The notes: generated by a model from the letters alone, not told the origin. A stretch of DNA of 23,769 nucleotides from Bdellovibrionales bacterium (GCA_037969075.1 JBBKWS010000079.1:1-23769), one strand, 5' to 3'. Shown: positions 7,924 to 16,769, counted from the stretch's first letter. Program-made: numbers and translations.

Positions 7924-10173
7924 TTACTCTTGTAAGCAATCGACATAATATTTTTTAACCCCATTTTCAATTTCTATTACTAGTCCATGAACATCAGTTT
8001 CAAAACCCGGAAACTCTTCGTTAAATTCCCTAGCAAACTGAAGGTACTGTACAATCAATTCATTGATTTTCTCTCCAGGCACCAAAAGTGGAATTCCCGG
8101 AGGATACGGAGTTAATAGTACAGCTGTTGTTTCTCCTAAAAGCTTGTCTATCTCAACACGCTTGATTTTACCATGAGACATCATCCTAAATGCATTTGCG
8201 GGAGTGGTCGTCACTTTAAATTCAGAGAGATACATTTCAGTTGTAAGCTTAGCAATATTTTCTTTTTTATAAGACGTATGAATTTTTTGACAAAAGTCTT
8301 TCAAACCAAGATCTTTGTATTTTGGATTTCTGTTTGAGAATTTAGGAAGTATTTTTGACATTAGAGCATTGTTATCATAATCTGTTTTGAACTGCTCTAG
8401 CATCGCAAGAAGAGTATTCCATCTTCCCTTTGTAATCCCAATAGTAAACATAATGAAAAATGAATATAAACCGCACTTTTCAACAATCACGCCGTGCTCG
8501 GCAAGGTACTTTGTCACTATGGCAGCCGGAATCCCTGTTACATCAAACTCTCCTGTCATTTTTAAACCAGGAGTCAAAATTGTCGTTCTAACTGGATCTA
8601 ATATATTAAAACCATCCGCTACATTTCCAAAACCATGCCAGTCTTCGTTCGATTTTAATGTCCAATCCTCTTGAGTCCCAATCCCTTCTTCGGCGAGCTT
8701 GTCAGGCCCCCACACCTTAAACCACCAATCATCACCCCACTCAGCCTCAGTCTTTCGCATGGCTCTGCGAAAATCAATAGACTCCACAATACTTTCTTCA
8801 ACAAGCGCCTGACCGCCAGGCCCATCCATCATCGCAGCAGAGACATCGCATGACGCAATAATAGAATACTGCGGACTAGTTGATGTATGCATAAGATAAG
8901 CCTCATTAAATAAATGCTTATTTAGTTTTTTATTTTCTGAATCACTTACTAAAATTTGAGACGCCTGACTTAGACCCGCCAGCATTTTATGAGTTGATTG
9001 CGTTGAAAAGACAATCGATTCCTTTGTTTTGGGTCTATCCTTTCCTATGGCATGCATGTTTTTATATAAATCATGAAAGCCTGCGTGCGGCACCCAGGCC
9101 TCATCAAAATGCAAAACCTCCACCTTGCCGTCGAGCAAGCCTTTAATTGTCTCAACATTATAACTAATCCCATCGTATGTACTTTGCGTGAGAGTCATTA
9201 TCCTTGGTTTTTTTGTTTTATCTTTAATCAGCGGATGAGCGTCAATTTTCTTTTGGAGTGTTTCCATAGAAAACTCTTCTTTAGGAATAGGGCCAATGAT
9301 TCCAAAATGATTTCTTGTTGGAGTCATATATATTGGGATTGCGCCCGTCATAATAATCGCATGTAAATTGGATTTATGGCAGTTGCGATCAACTAATACA
9401 ATATCATCTGGGCCGACGCAAGAATGCCAGACTATCTTGTTAGATGTTGAAGTTCCATTAGTTACAAAAAACAAATGATCTGCATTGAAAATTCTAGCTG
9501 CATTTTTTTCTGAGGCCTCTATGGGACCGGTATGATCTAACAGCTGTCCCAACTCATCGACCGCATTACAAACATCGGATCTTAAAAGATTTTCACCATA
9601 AAACTGATGAAAGACCTTGCCAACGGGCGATTTTAAAAATGCAACTCCGCCAGAGTGGCCTGGACAATGCCAAGAATACGATCCTTTTTGAGCATACTCT
9701 AATAATGATTTAAAAAATGGAGGTACTATTGAATCTAAATAGTCTGCTGTTTCTCGAACAATGTGTTTTCCAATAAACTCTGGTGTGTCCTCATCAAGAT
9801 GTAAAAATCCATGCAACTCTCTAAGAATACTATTCGGAATATGCCTAGAGGTTTTTGTTTCACCGCATAGATAAATAGGTACATCAGAGTTCTTCTTGCG
9901 AATAGTCGTTACCGAATGTTGTAACTCATTAAGTATGCCGCCGCTTTGATCTGGACCAGACTTTTCAAAGTCCTCATCATCGATAGAAAAAATAAATGCT
10001 GCCGCATGTTTTTGATGTTGCACAAAATTCATAACATCTTTACGGCTAGTTGCAGCGAGTACAGAGACCCCCAATTGTTCGATTGCCTTGCTGATCATTC
10101 GAATTCCTTCGCCGCTAGCATTATTGGCGTGGAAGTCTTCATCTATTATTACAACAGGAAAATCCAGCTTCAT
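7924..10173 (-). CDS. Class-I (AAT-fold) PLP-dependent Orn/Lys/Arg decarboxylase with N-terminal wing domain; ornithine decarboxylase by context
   Basis: Motifs WHCPGHSGG, TNGTSTSNK, DRNCHKS, HFDEAW, PLP-lysine motif QSTHKMLAGLSQAS and PYPPGIP. SD GGGAGGA upstream. Substrate inferred, not shown. Confidence 0.93.
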   Translation of the reverse strand: MKLDFPVVIIDEDFHANNASGEGIRMISKAIEQLGVSVLAATSRKDVMNFVQHQKHAAAFIFSIDDEDFEKSGPDQSGGILNELQHSVTTIRKKNSDVPIYLCGETKTSRHIPNSILRELHGFLHLDEDTPEFIGKHIVRETADYLDSIVPPFFKSLLEYAQKGSYSWHCPGHSGGVAFLKSPVGKVFHQFYGENLLRSDVCNAVDELGQLLDHTGPIEASEKNAARIFNADHLFFVTNGTSTSNKIVWHSCVGPDDIVLVDRNCHKSNLHAIIMTGAIPIYMTPTRNHFGIIGPIPKEEFSMETLQKKIDAHPLIKDKTKKPRIMTLTQSTYDGISYNVETIKGLLDGKVEVLHFDEAWVPHAGFHDLYKNMHAIGKDRPKTKESIVFSTQSTHKMLAGLSQASQILVSDSENKKLNKHLFNEAYLMHTSTSPQYSIIASCDVSAAMMDGPGGQALVEESIVESIDFRRAMRKTEAEWGDDWWFKVWGPDKLAEEGIGTQEDWTLKSNEDWHGFGNVADGFNILDPVRTTILTPGLKMTGEFDVTGIPAAIVTKYLAEHGVIVEKCGLYSFFIMFTIGITKGRWNTLLAMLEQFKTDYDNNALMSKILPKFSNRNPKYKDLGLKDFCQKIHTSYKKENIAKLTTEMYLSEFKVTTTPANAFRMMSHGKIKRVEIDKLLGETTAVLLTPYPPGIPLLVPGEKINELIVQYLQFAREFNEEFPGFETDVHGLVIEIENGVKKYYVDCLQE

Positions 10174-10202
10174 TCTTATTCCTCCCGAGTCGCCTCGCCT
10201 AG

Positions 10203-10220
10203 TACGACTATTTATGCACG
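10203..10220 (-). promoter_or_regulatory. Possible weaker ARG box upstream of the decarboxylase
   Basis: Minus strand cgTGCATaaatAGTCGta: left half matches TGMAT, right half is 3/5 of ATKCA. It lies 30 bp upstream of the decarboxylase ATG. Confidence 0.4.
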
Positions 10221-10246
10221 AAAGTTACTTTATAAGCAATAAAACA

Positions 10247-10275
10247 TTGACAATTTCATATACGTAAATAATTAT
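10247..10275 (+). promoter_or_regulatory. Sigma70-type promoter of the argCJBR-hss operon
   Basis: Perfect TTGACA (10247-10252), 17-bp spacer, AATTAT (10270-10275, 4/6 match to TATAAT). Confidence 0.65.
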
Positions 10276-10301
10276 GCATATATGGTGCATAATAATTCAT
10301 T
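10263..10301 (+). promoter_or_regulatory. Tandem ARG boxes (ArgR operator), 18+3+18 bp
   Basis: cgTAAATaattATGCAta (10263-10280), tat spacer, ggTGCATaataATTCAtt (10284-10301). Both fit NNTGMATwwwwATKCANN with canonical 3-bp spacing, and argR is in the operon. Confidence 0.85.
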
Positions 10302-11340
10302 TAATGATTTTAAAAAATCAACGTGTTCGATAGTGGGCGCTCGAGGCTACGCAGGTTTAGAACTTGCTAGGCTTTTACTTGCACATCCTCAAGCAAGTCT
10401 AACTCATTGTTTTGCAACATCTGCTTTTGATTTATCAGCACACCTGTCTAATCCCAAAGCTACACAAGTTCAGTGCCTACCTGATACAGAAATTATGGCA
10501 AACCTAACTGACTATGTGTTTTTAGCCACTCCTGCAGAAGTTTCATTGAAGCTAGCACCTCAGATTATTGCCTCTGGAAAGATAGTCATTGATTTAAGTG
10601 GAGCCTTCAGACTTAAAAAAAGTGACTATCAAAAGTGGTACGGCTTTGAACATACACAAAAAAACACTTTGTTAGATGCGACCTATGGATTGATTCCCTG
10701 GGTGGGGCCATCACGCTCAGAGCGAATGATTGCAAATCCAGGCTGTTACGCTACCTCTATCTTATTAGCACTACTTCCATTAATTAAAGATAATTTAATC
10801 CTCTTGGATTCTATTGTCATAGATGCAAAATCAGGTAGCACTGGCGCCGGAAAAAAAGCTACAGAAGGTCAATTATTTGCTGAAGTTGATGGCGAGTGTC
10901 TGCCTTACAGGGTTGGCCAACATCAACATCTTCCTGAGATTTTAGAAACTATCGAAACTCTTACCGGGGTAAAACTAAACCCCCACATGACAACCTCATT
11001 ACTACCCGTTCGACGAGGAATACTTTCTGGTATATATGCTAAATTAAATGCAAAAAAATCTGTAGAAGATGTAATTCAATCTTACAAAAAATATTATGCC
11101 GACTACCCATTAGTTCGACACGGTTTAGTTTCTGAGAAACCCGAGGGACTCCTCTTAAAGCGTGTCGTTGGAACAGCGAAAACACATATAAGCTATTCGA
11201 CCCAAGAACAGAATTTATATGTATTCTCTTGTATTGATAATTTACTTAAAGGCGCAGCTAGCCAAGCTGTAGAAAATTTTAACCGCTTACTTGATCAATC
11301 CATTGATACTGGATTAAATCAATTGGAGGCCATGACATGA
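10282..11340 (+). CDS. argC: N-acetyl-gamma-glutamyl-phosphate reductase
   Basis: IVGARGYAG, IDLSGAFRL, catalytic ANPGCY, AKSGSTGAG, HQHLPEI, DNLLKGAASQA. Confidence 0.97.
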   Translation: MVHNNSFNDFKKSTCSIVGARGYAGLELARLLLAHPQASLTHCFATSAFDLSAHLSNPKATQVQCLPDTEIMANLTDYVFLATPAEVSLKLAPQIIASGKIVIDLSGAFRLKKSDYQKWYGFEHTQKNTLLDATYGLIPWVGPSRSERMIANPGCYATSILLALLPLIKDNLILLDSIVIDAKSGSTGAGKKATEGQLFAEVDGECLPYRVGQHQHLPEILETIETLTGVKLNPHMTTSLLPVRRGILSGIYAKLNAKKSVEDVIQSYKKYYADYPLVRHGLVSEKPEGLLLKRVVGTAKTHISYSTQEQNLYVFSCIDNLLKGAASQAVENFNRLLDQSIDTGLNQLEAMT

Positions 11341-12533
11341 CACCAGGTCCTGGAGTTCGTCGTACCCCTTTACCAAAGGGATTTCTTGCAAGTGGAGTTA
11401 ATTGTGGAGTTCGCAGATACCGACCTGATATCGGCCTTTTGATATCAGAAGTTCCTGCTGTAGCGGCTGGAGTTTTTACATTAAATGAATGTCGAGCTGC
11501 CCCAGTACTTTACACACAAAGACTTTTACCATCCGATAACGTGCGAGCGATCGTAACAAACTCCGGGCAGGCTAATGCTGCAACTGGATCAGAGGGTATT
11601 GAAAAGAATTTAATGATGGTTTCGGCCATTGCGAAAAACTTAAATTGCGATTTAAATCAAGTGCTTGTAGCAAGCACAGGGAAAATTGGTGAGCAATTAG
11701 ATACAGAAAAGATTCTACCATCTATTTCAGATCTTGTTAAGCGGGCCAATGATTCAGCCGAAAGCTTTGCCACCGCAATTTTAACAACAGATCTTGTACC
11801 TAAATCAATATCCACAACAGTAGTGCTATCGACAGGTACGGTTAGAATCACTGGTATATGCAAAGGCTCAGGAATGATCCACCCAAATATGGCCACCATG
11901 CTTGGTTACATCCTTACTGATGCGAAACTTACTAAAGAACATGCTCAGGATCTATTGAAAAAAACTACCGATGTCAGCTTCAACATGATCAGCGTTGATG
12001 GTGATTCATCAACAAATGATTGCTGCTTTTTAATGGCAAATGGTGTTTCTGGAGTGAGCCCGGTAGATGAAAAAGATATTCAAAAATTTGATACGGCTGT
12101 AAAAAAAATAATGATATTTTTAGCTAAGTCTATTGTAGCCGATGGAGAGGGCGCTTCTAAACTTATAGAAGTGCAAATCAAAGGTTCAGACAATTTCGAA
12201 CTTGCACGCAAAGCCGCAAGAGGACTTACGCTTTCTCCCCTAATCAAAACCGCCGTTCATGGTGAGGATCCTAACTGGGGAAGAATTCTTGCGCGCTTAG
12301 GCGCAGAAAGTATACCTGCTGAGCAACTAAATAAAATGGTTCTTAAAATTCAAGGAGTGACCTTATTTGAAAAAGGCCAGCCCGCACAATTTTCCCGTGA
12401 CGAAGTGAAGAAGTTATTAAAGCAAGCAGAAGTAAAAATCGAAGTAAATCTTCACTCTGGAAAAGAAATTGCCACTGCGTGGGGATGCGATCTTTCGCAT
12501 AAGTATGTAGACATCAATACGGAGTACTCATGA
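11337..12533 (+). CDS. argJ: Ornithine acetyltransferase / glutamate N-acetyltransferase (ArgJ)
   Basis: NSGQANAATG, ASTG.IG, autoproteolysis site KGSGMIHPNMA|TML, DGDSSTND, DGEGA, DPNWGRI, WGCDLS..YV.IN..Y. ATGA overlap with argC; GGAGG SD. Confidence 0.97.
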   Translation: MTPGPGVRRTPLPKGFLASGVNCGVRRYRPDIGLLISEVPAVAAGVFTLNECRAAPVLYTQRLLPSDNVRAIVTNSGQANAATGSEGIEKNLMMVSAIAKNLNCDLNQVLVASTGKIGEQLDTEKILPSISDLVKRANDSAESFATAILTTDLVPKSISTTVVLSTGTVRITGICKGSGMIHPNMATMLGYILTDAKLTKEHAQDLLKKTTDVSFNMISVDGDSSTNDCCFLMANGVSGVSPVDEKDIQKFDTAVKKIMIFLAKSIVADGEGASKLIEVQIKGSDNFELARKAARGLTLSPLIKTAVHGEDPNWGRILARLGAESIPAEQLNKMVLKIQGVTLFEKGQPAQFSRDEVKKLLKQAEVKIEVNLHSGKEIATAWGCDLSHKYVDINTEYS

Positions 12534-13354
12534 AGCAAATAGTTGTTATTAAATTAGGTGGCTCTGCCTTACAAGACAAGACTACAGTCAGCGGACTAGC
12601 TACTTTGATAAAAGGTTACCAAAAACAACGATACAATGTGGTGATAGTTCATGGTGGCGGCCCGGCAATCAATAAAGAGCTAGAAAAGCGCTCTATTACC
12701 TGGAAGTTCGTCGATGGCCAGAGACAAACAACTCCAATAATGATGGATGTTATTAACGACGTCCTTGCTAAGCAAGTAAACTCAATGCTCGTGGACTGCC
12801 TAAGATTTGAGGGTGTTCGATCTTCAGGGCTTTCTGCGGCCGATGATAGAATATTATTATGTAGCCAGCTAAGCCCTGAGCTTATTCAAGTAGGTAAAGT
12901 CGAAACTGTAGATGTTACTGCTATCAAGCCTTATTTTGAAACTGTCCCAAGAGTGACTCCTGTTATCGCGCCCATAGGAATTAGCTTTGAAACCAAAGAA
13001 ATAAAATATAATATCAATGCCGACTGGGCTGCAGTGAAAATTGCTATTGCTCTGAAAGCAAAGAAACTAATTTTTCTAACTGATCAGTCTGGTATTTTAG
13101 ATGCACAAAAAAGATTAATTGAAAAAACTGACCCTGAAGAATTGCAAAAACTTATCGACTCAAAAGTTATTTATGGTGGCATGGCAGTGAAAGTTAGGGC
13201 CATGAGTACCGCTCTTGAATCTGGAATTAAATCAGTACAAGTCATGCATGCGGCATCTACAGCCGAGGCGGTAAACAACAAGTGTCTAGGAACCCTTCTC
13301 GTTAACAAACCAACAAACTTAAAAAATGGATTCTACAGTGGCAGAGCAAAGTAA
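12530..13354 (+). CDS. argB: Acetylglutamate kinase
   Basis: VIKLGGSA, VHGGGP.I, G.RQT, NINAD, LTDQSGILD, GGMAVKV. ATGA overlap with argJ. Confidence 0.95.
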   Translation: MKQIVVIKLGGSALQDKTTVSGLATLIKGYQKQRYNVVIVHGGGPAINKELEKRSITWKFVDGQRQTTPIMMDVINDVLAKQVNSMLVDCLRFEGVRSSGLSAADDRILLCSQLSPELIQVGKVETVDVTAIKPYFETVPRVTPVIAPIGISFETKEIKYNINADWAAVKIAIALKAKKLIFLTDQSGILDAQKRLIEKTDPEELQKLIDSKVIYGGMAVKVRAMSTALESGIKSVQVMHAASTAEAVNNKCLGTLLVNKPTNLKNGFYSGRAK

Positions 13355-13814
13355 AACAGAGGCACAAGAAAGACTTTTGATTTTAAGACAGTTACTTAAA
13401 GACAAAGTTGCCGGAACTCAAGAAGAAATATGTAGCGCTTTACGAGCTAAAAGCTTTGATATTACGCAAAGCACAGTTTCTCGTGATCTAAGACGAATTG
13501 GTGCGGTGAAAACCATTAATGCTAGTGGTGATTTTATATACCGTCTACCCGAGGACCACCGAGTTTTTACTCCAATTAGTGGAAGTTTAAGCGAATTAGT
13601 CACCGACATTCAGAGCAATGAAGTGATGATTGTTGTACACACTAAACCCGGATCAGCTAGTTTACTAGCCACTCACATTGATAACGCAAAAAAATCACTT
13701 GGAATACTAGGAACACTAGCCGGAGACGACGCTATTTTTATAATTCCAGCATCTATTAAAAAAATTTCAACAGTAATAAAAAAAACACAAGAACTTCTAG
13801 ATCCAGAGACTTAG
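13326..13814 (+). CDS. argR: Arginine repressor family regulator
   Basis: wHTH with TQEE and TQSTVSRDL; C-domain HTKPGSA...ID and GTLAGDD. Overlaps the argB end. Confidence 0.95.
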   Translation: MDSTVAEQSKTEAQERLLILRQLLKDKVAGTQEEICSALRAKSFDITQSTVSRDLRRIGAVKTINASGDFIYRLPEDHRVFTPISGSLSELVTDIQSNEVMIVVHTKPGSASLLATHIDNAKKSLGILGTLAGDDAIFIIPASIKKISTVIKKTQELLDPET

Positions 13815-13854
13815 TTTTTTAAAGATTTGCGATAGGTCGCATAAAGGAGGCATA

Positions 13855-15294
13855 ATGCAAAAAAACAATTCTTCAACCAACTACGGTGAAATCACAGGTC
13901 CCATTGTCATTATTGGATTTGGCTCAATTGGCAAAGGTACACTACCTCTTATTGAAAAACATTTCAAATTTGATAAATCACGATTGGTTGTAATTGATCC
14001 ATCTGCAAAAGATAAAAAGCTTTTAGAAGAGCGAGGAATTCAATTTGTTCAAAAAGCTGTTACAAAAGAGAATTACAAAGACTTACTTAAACCTTATTTA
14101 AAAAATGGTGACGGCACTGGTTTTTGCGTCAACCTGTCAGTCGATGTTTCATCTCTTGATATGATAAAGTTTTGCCGAGATATCGGCGTCTATTACATAG
14201 ACACCGTCGTAGAGCCTTGGACCGGTTTTTATTTTGATGATACCAAGAGTACAGCTGATAGGTCTAACTACTCTTTAAGAGAAACTGTTTTAGAAGAAAA
14301 GACAAAAAATAAAGGTGGCATTACGGCTGTTTCATGTTGTGGTGCGAATCCCGGAATGGTTTCTTGGTTCGTAAAGCAAGCTCTACTAAATCTTGCTAAT
14401 GATCTTAAGATAGAACACACAGTGCCTGCAAACCGAACCGAGTGGGCCTTATTAATGCAAAAGGTTGGCGTCAAAGGAATACACATTGCCGAAAGAGACA
14501 CTCAAATATCTAAACGACCAAAGCCGATGAATATTTTTGTTAATACATGGTCAGTGGAAGGATTTGTTAGCGAAGGTCTACAGCCAGCCGAATTAGGCTG
14601 GGGTACGTTTGAAAAATGGATGCCCGAAAATGCATCCACTCATACATCTGGTTGCGGGGCTGCAATTTATCTTAACCAACCTGGGGCGAACACGAAAGTA
14701 AGAACATGGTGTCCAACGCCAGGTCCTCAGTATGGACGACTTGTAACTCATAACGAATCCATCTCAATAGCTGACTACTTTACAGTTAGAAAATCTGATG
14801 AAGTAACTTATCGACCAACATGTCATTACGCTTATCACCCAAGTAATGATGCCATCCTGTCGCTAGAAGAAATGTTTGGTAGGTCTGGTGAACGCCAACA
14901 TGAACAACACATTCTTGACGAAAATGAAATCACCGAAGGGGTTGACGAGCTAGGCGTTTTATTATTTGGGCACGAAAAGAATGCTTATTGGTACGGCTCA
15001 CAACTATCTATCGAAGAAGCTCGAAAGCTAGCTCCATATCAAAATGCAACTGGCCTTCAGGTAACATCTGCAGTTCTAGCAGGAATGGCCTGGGTGCTTG
15101 AAAATCCAGAGGCAGGAATTGTAGAAGCCGATGAAATGGATTTTGCAAGATGCCTTGAGTTTCAATTGCCTTATTTAGGCCCGGTAAATGGATTCTATAC
15201 TGATTGGAATCCATTAAAAGACAGACCTGGATTCTTTCCAGAAGACATTGATGCTAGTGATCCGTGGCAATTCAAGAATGTCATAGTACGCTAA
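13855..15294 (+). CDS. hss: Homospermidine synthase
   Basis: GPIVIIGFGSIG NAD-binding motif, DTVVEPW, SCCGANPGMVSWFVKQAL, NTWSVEGF.SEG.QPAELGWG, HNESISI, YRPTCHYAY, QNATGLQV, DPWQF. Strong AAAGGAGG SD; 40 bp after argR. Confidence 0.97.
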   Translation: MQKNNSSTNYGEITGPIVIIGFGSIGKGTLPLIEKHFKFDKSRLVVIDPSAKDKKLLEERGIQFVQKAVTKENYKDLLKPYLKNGDGTGFCVNLSVDVSSLDMIKFCRDIGVYYIDTVVEPWTGFYFDDTKSTADRSNYSLRETVLEEKTKNKGGITAVSCCGANPGMVSWFVKQALLNLANDLKIEHTVPANRTEWALLMQKVGVKGIHIAERDTQISKRPKPMNIFVNTWSVEGFVSEGLQPAELGWGTFEKWMPENASTHTSGCGAAIYLNQPGANTKVRTWCPTPGPQYGRLVTHNESISIADYFTVRKSDEVTYRPTCHYAYHPSNDAILSLEEMFGRSGERQHEQHILDENEITEGVDELGVLLFGHEKNAYWYGSQLSIEEARKLAPYQNATGLQVTSAVLAGMAWVLENPEAGIVEADEMDFARCLEFQLPYLGPVNGFYTDWNPLKDRPGFFPEDIDASDPWQFKNVIVR

Positions 15295-15307
15295 TACCCG
15301 TACTTCA

Positions 15308-15333
15308 CGGCTCGCCAAATAAATGGCGAGCTG
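15308..15333. terminator. GC-rich hairpin between convergent hss and APC permease genes
   Basis: CGGCTCGCCA-aataaa-TGGCGAGCTG, 10-bp stem with one G-U pair. No clear U-tract on either strand. Confidence 0.6.
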
Positions 15334-15338
15334 GTAGG

Positions 15339-16769
15339 TTAATATTTTTCTAAAATTAAATATTTTCTATCTTCTTCAGGAAGAGAATCTCGCTCTTTTT
15401 TCCCAGAGTACCAAAAGATAATTGCCAAAAGAGTAATACCACCAAAGATGCCCCACTCTAAAGGCCAAACAAGACTTAAGGGTGAGGCTGGAATAAGTAA
15501 GGCCCCAAGAATAAATACAGATCCAGCAGCAGCAATATAGCCTACTAGTTTTGGGTGTTTTACTTGGTAAGGGCGTTCTAAATTTGGGTAGTCTTTACGT
15601 AATTTTAAAAACGATAAAGACACTCCTAAAAAAGCCATGGCTATGCACAAAGAGCCGACATCTACAAAGGCAACCATAGCACCTCTTCCTAGAAAAGATG
15701 ATAGAAGCGTAAACCCTCCAGTAAAAAGTATGGCTACACTTGGAGTACTATATTTCTCATCGACTTTACCAAAAGTCTTTGAAATTAAACGACCTCTGCC
15801 AAGAGCAAATAAAACTCTTGAGCCTGCCAAGAAAAAACCATTCCAACTTGTAAACAAACCAAGTAAGGCCGCTATTAAAATAATATCTGGCAACCAAGCA
15901 TTTGAAAATAAGTGATCAAAAGCAGCTGCTGCTGGCAAAGTACCCTGAATGGTGCTCTCCCAAGGGGATGCAAGCGAAGTAGATAATATTAGTAAGACAT
16001 AAAAGACAGCCGATGCAAGTATGCTGACAACGATGATCCTACCAAGATTTTTAGCAGCAATACCCGCTCCAGCTTCTTCTGCAGCTTGTGGAATTGTATC
16101 GAACCCCACAAACCAAAAAGGAGCGGTGATAAAAACACTAATTATTCCTGCGGAAGAATCTATAAAATCAGTATGTGCAAACATAGGACTAAGGTTGCTC
16201 CAGTCTCCAAATATCAAACCAGCACCAACAAATAGTAGAACCGCAGTTAAAAATAAATACGTAAGCCAAATTTGTACTCGCACAGCGTACTTAGGTCCGT
16301 AATAATTTACCGCTGTGATAATTCCTGTAAATACTAAAGCTAAAAGTAAATGGGATGCAAACACTTGGTCACCACCAACGCTATACAAAGGAAAAATATC
16401 AAGACCCGGGACCAAATAACCCAGTACTTTTCCAACAGATATGGCCTCAAAAGCTGATACAGACAAATAACCAAATGCTAAGAACCATCCAATGATAAAA
16501 GACTTTGATACACCAAAGGCTTTGTAAGCATAAGCTACCTCTCCTCCTGCAACAGGAATCATAGACGTTACTTCTGCATAGCAGAGGCCAATAAGAGCCA
16601 TAAAAATACCGGCTAATCCAAAAGCGATGATTGCGCCCATTGGACCTGCTGATGAAAACCAGTTTCCTATGCCTGTAACCCATCCCACACCAATCATTGA
16701 GCCAAAGGCCAATGAAAAAAAGCCGATTAGAGAAATTCCACCTTTAAGTTTTTTACGATCAATTATCAT
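15339..16769 (-). CDS. APC family amino acid/polyamine permease
   Basis: GSMIGVG (TM1), YAEVTSMIPVAGG, FVGFDTIPQAAEE (TM6), SRVLFALGR, ERPY; about 12 TM segments. Confidence 0.92.
   Translation of the reverse strand: MIIDRKKLKGGISLIGFFSLAFGSMIGVGWVTGIGNWFSSAGPMGAIIAFGLAGIFMALIGLCYAEVTSMIPVAGGEVAYAYKAFGVSKSFIIGWFLAFGYLSVSAFEAISVGKVLGYLVPGLDIFPLYSVGGDQVFASHLLLALVFTGIITAVNYYGPKYAVRVQIWLTYLFLTAVLLFVGAGLIFGDWSNLSPMFAHTDFIDSSAGIISVFITAPFWFVGFDTIPQAAEEAGAGIAAKNLGRIIVVSILASAVFYVLLILSTSLASPWESTIQGTLPAAAAFDHLFSNAWLPDIILIAALLGLFTSWNGFFLAGSRVLFALGRGRLISKTFGKVDEKYSTPSVAILFTGGFTLLSSFLGRGAMVAFVDVGSLCIAMAFLGVSLSFLKLRKDYPNLERPYQVKHPKLVGYIAAAGSVFILGALLIPASPLSLVWPLEWGIFGGITLLAIIFWYSGKKERDSLPEEDRKYLILEKY

Noticed and set aside
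7924..10173. Acid-resistance decarboxylase system (adiA/cadA/speF type)
   Set aside because: No co-transcribed antiporter next to it; the context is biosynthetic (argCJB, hss).
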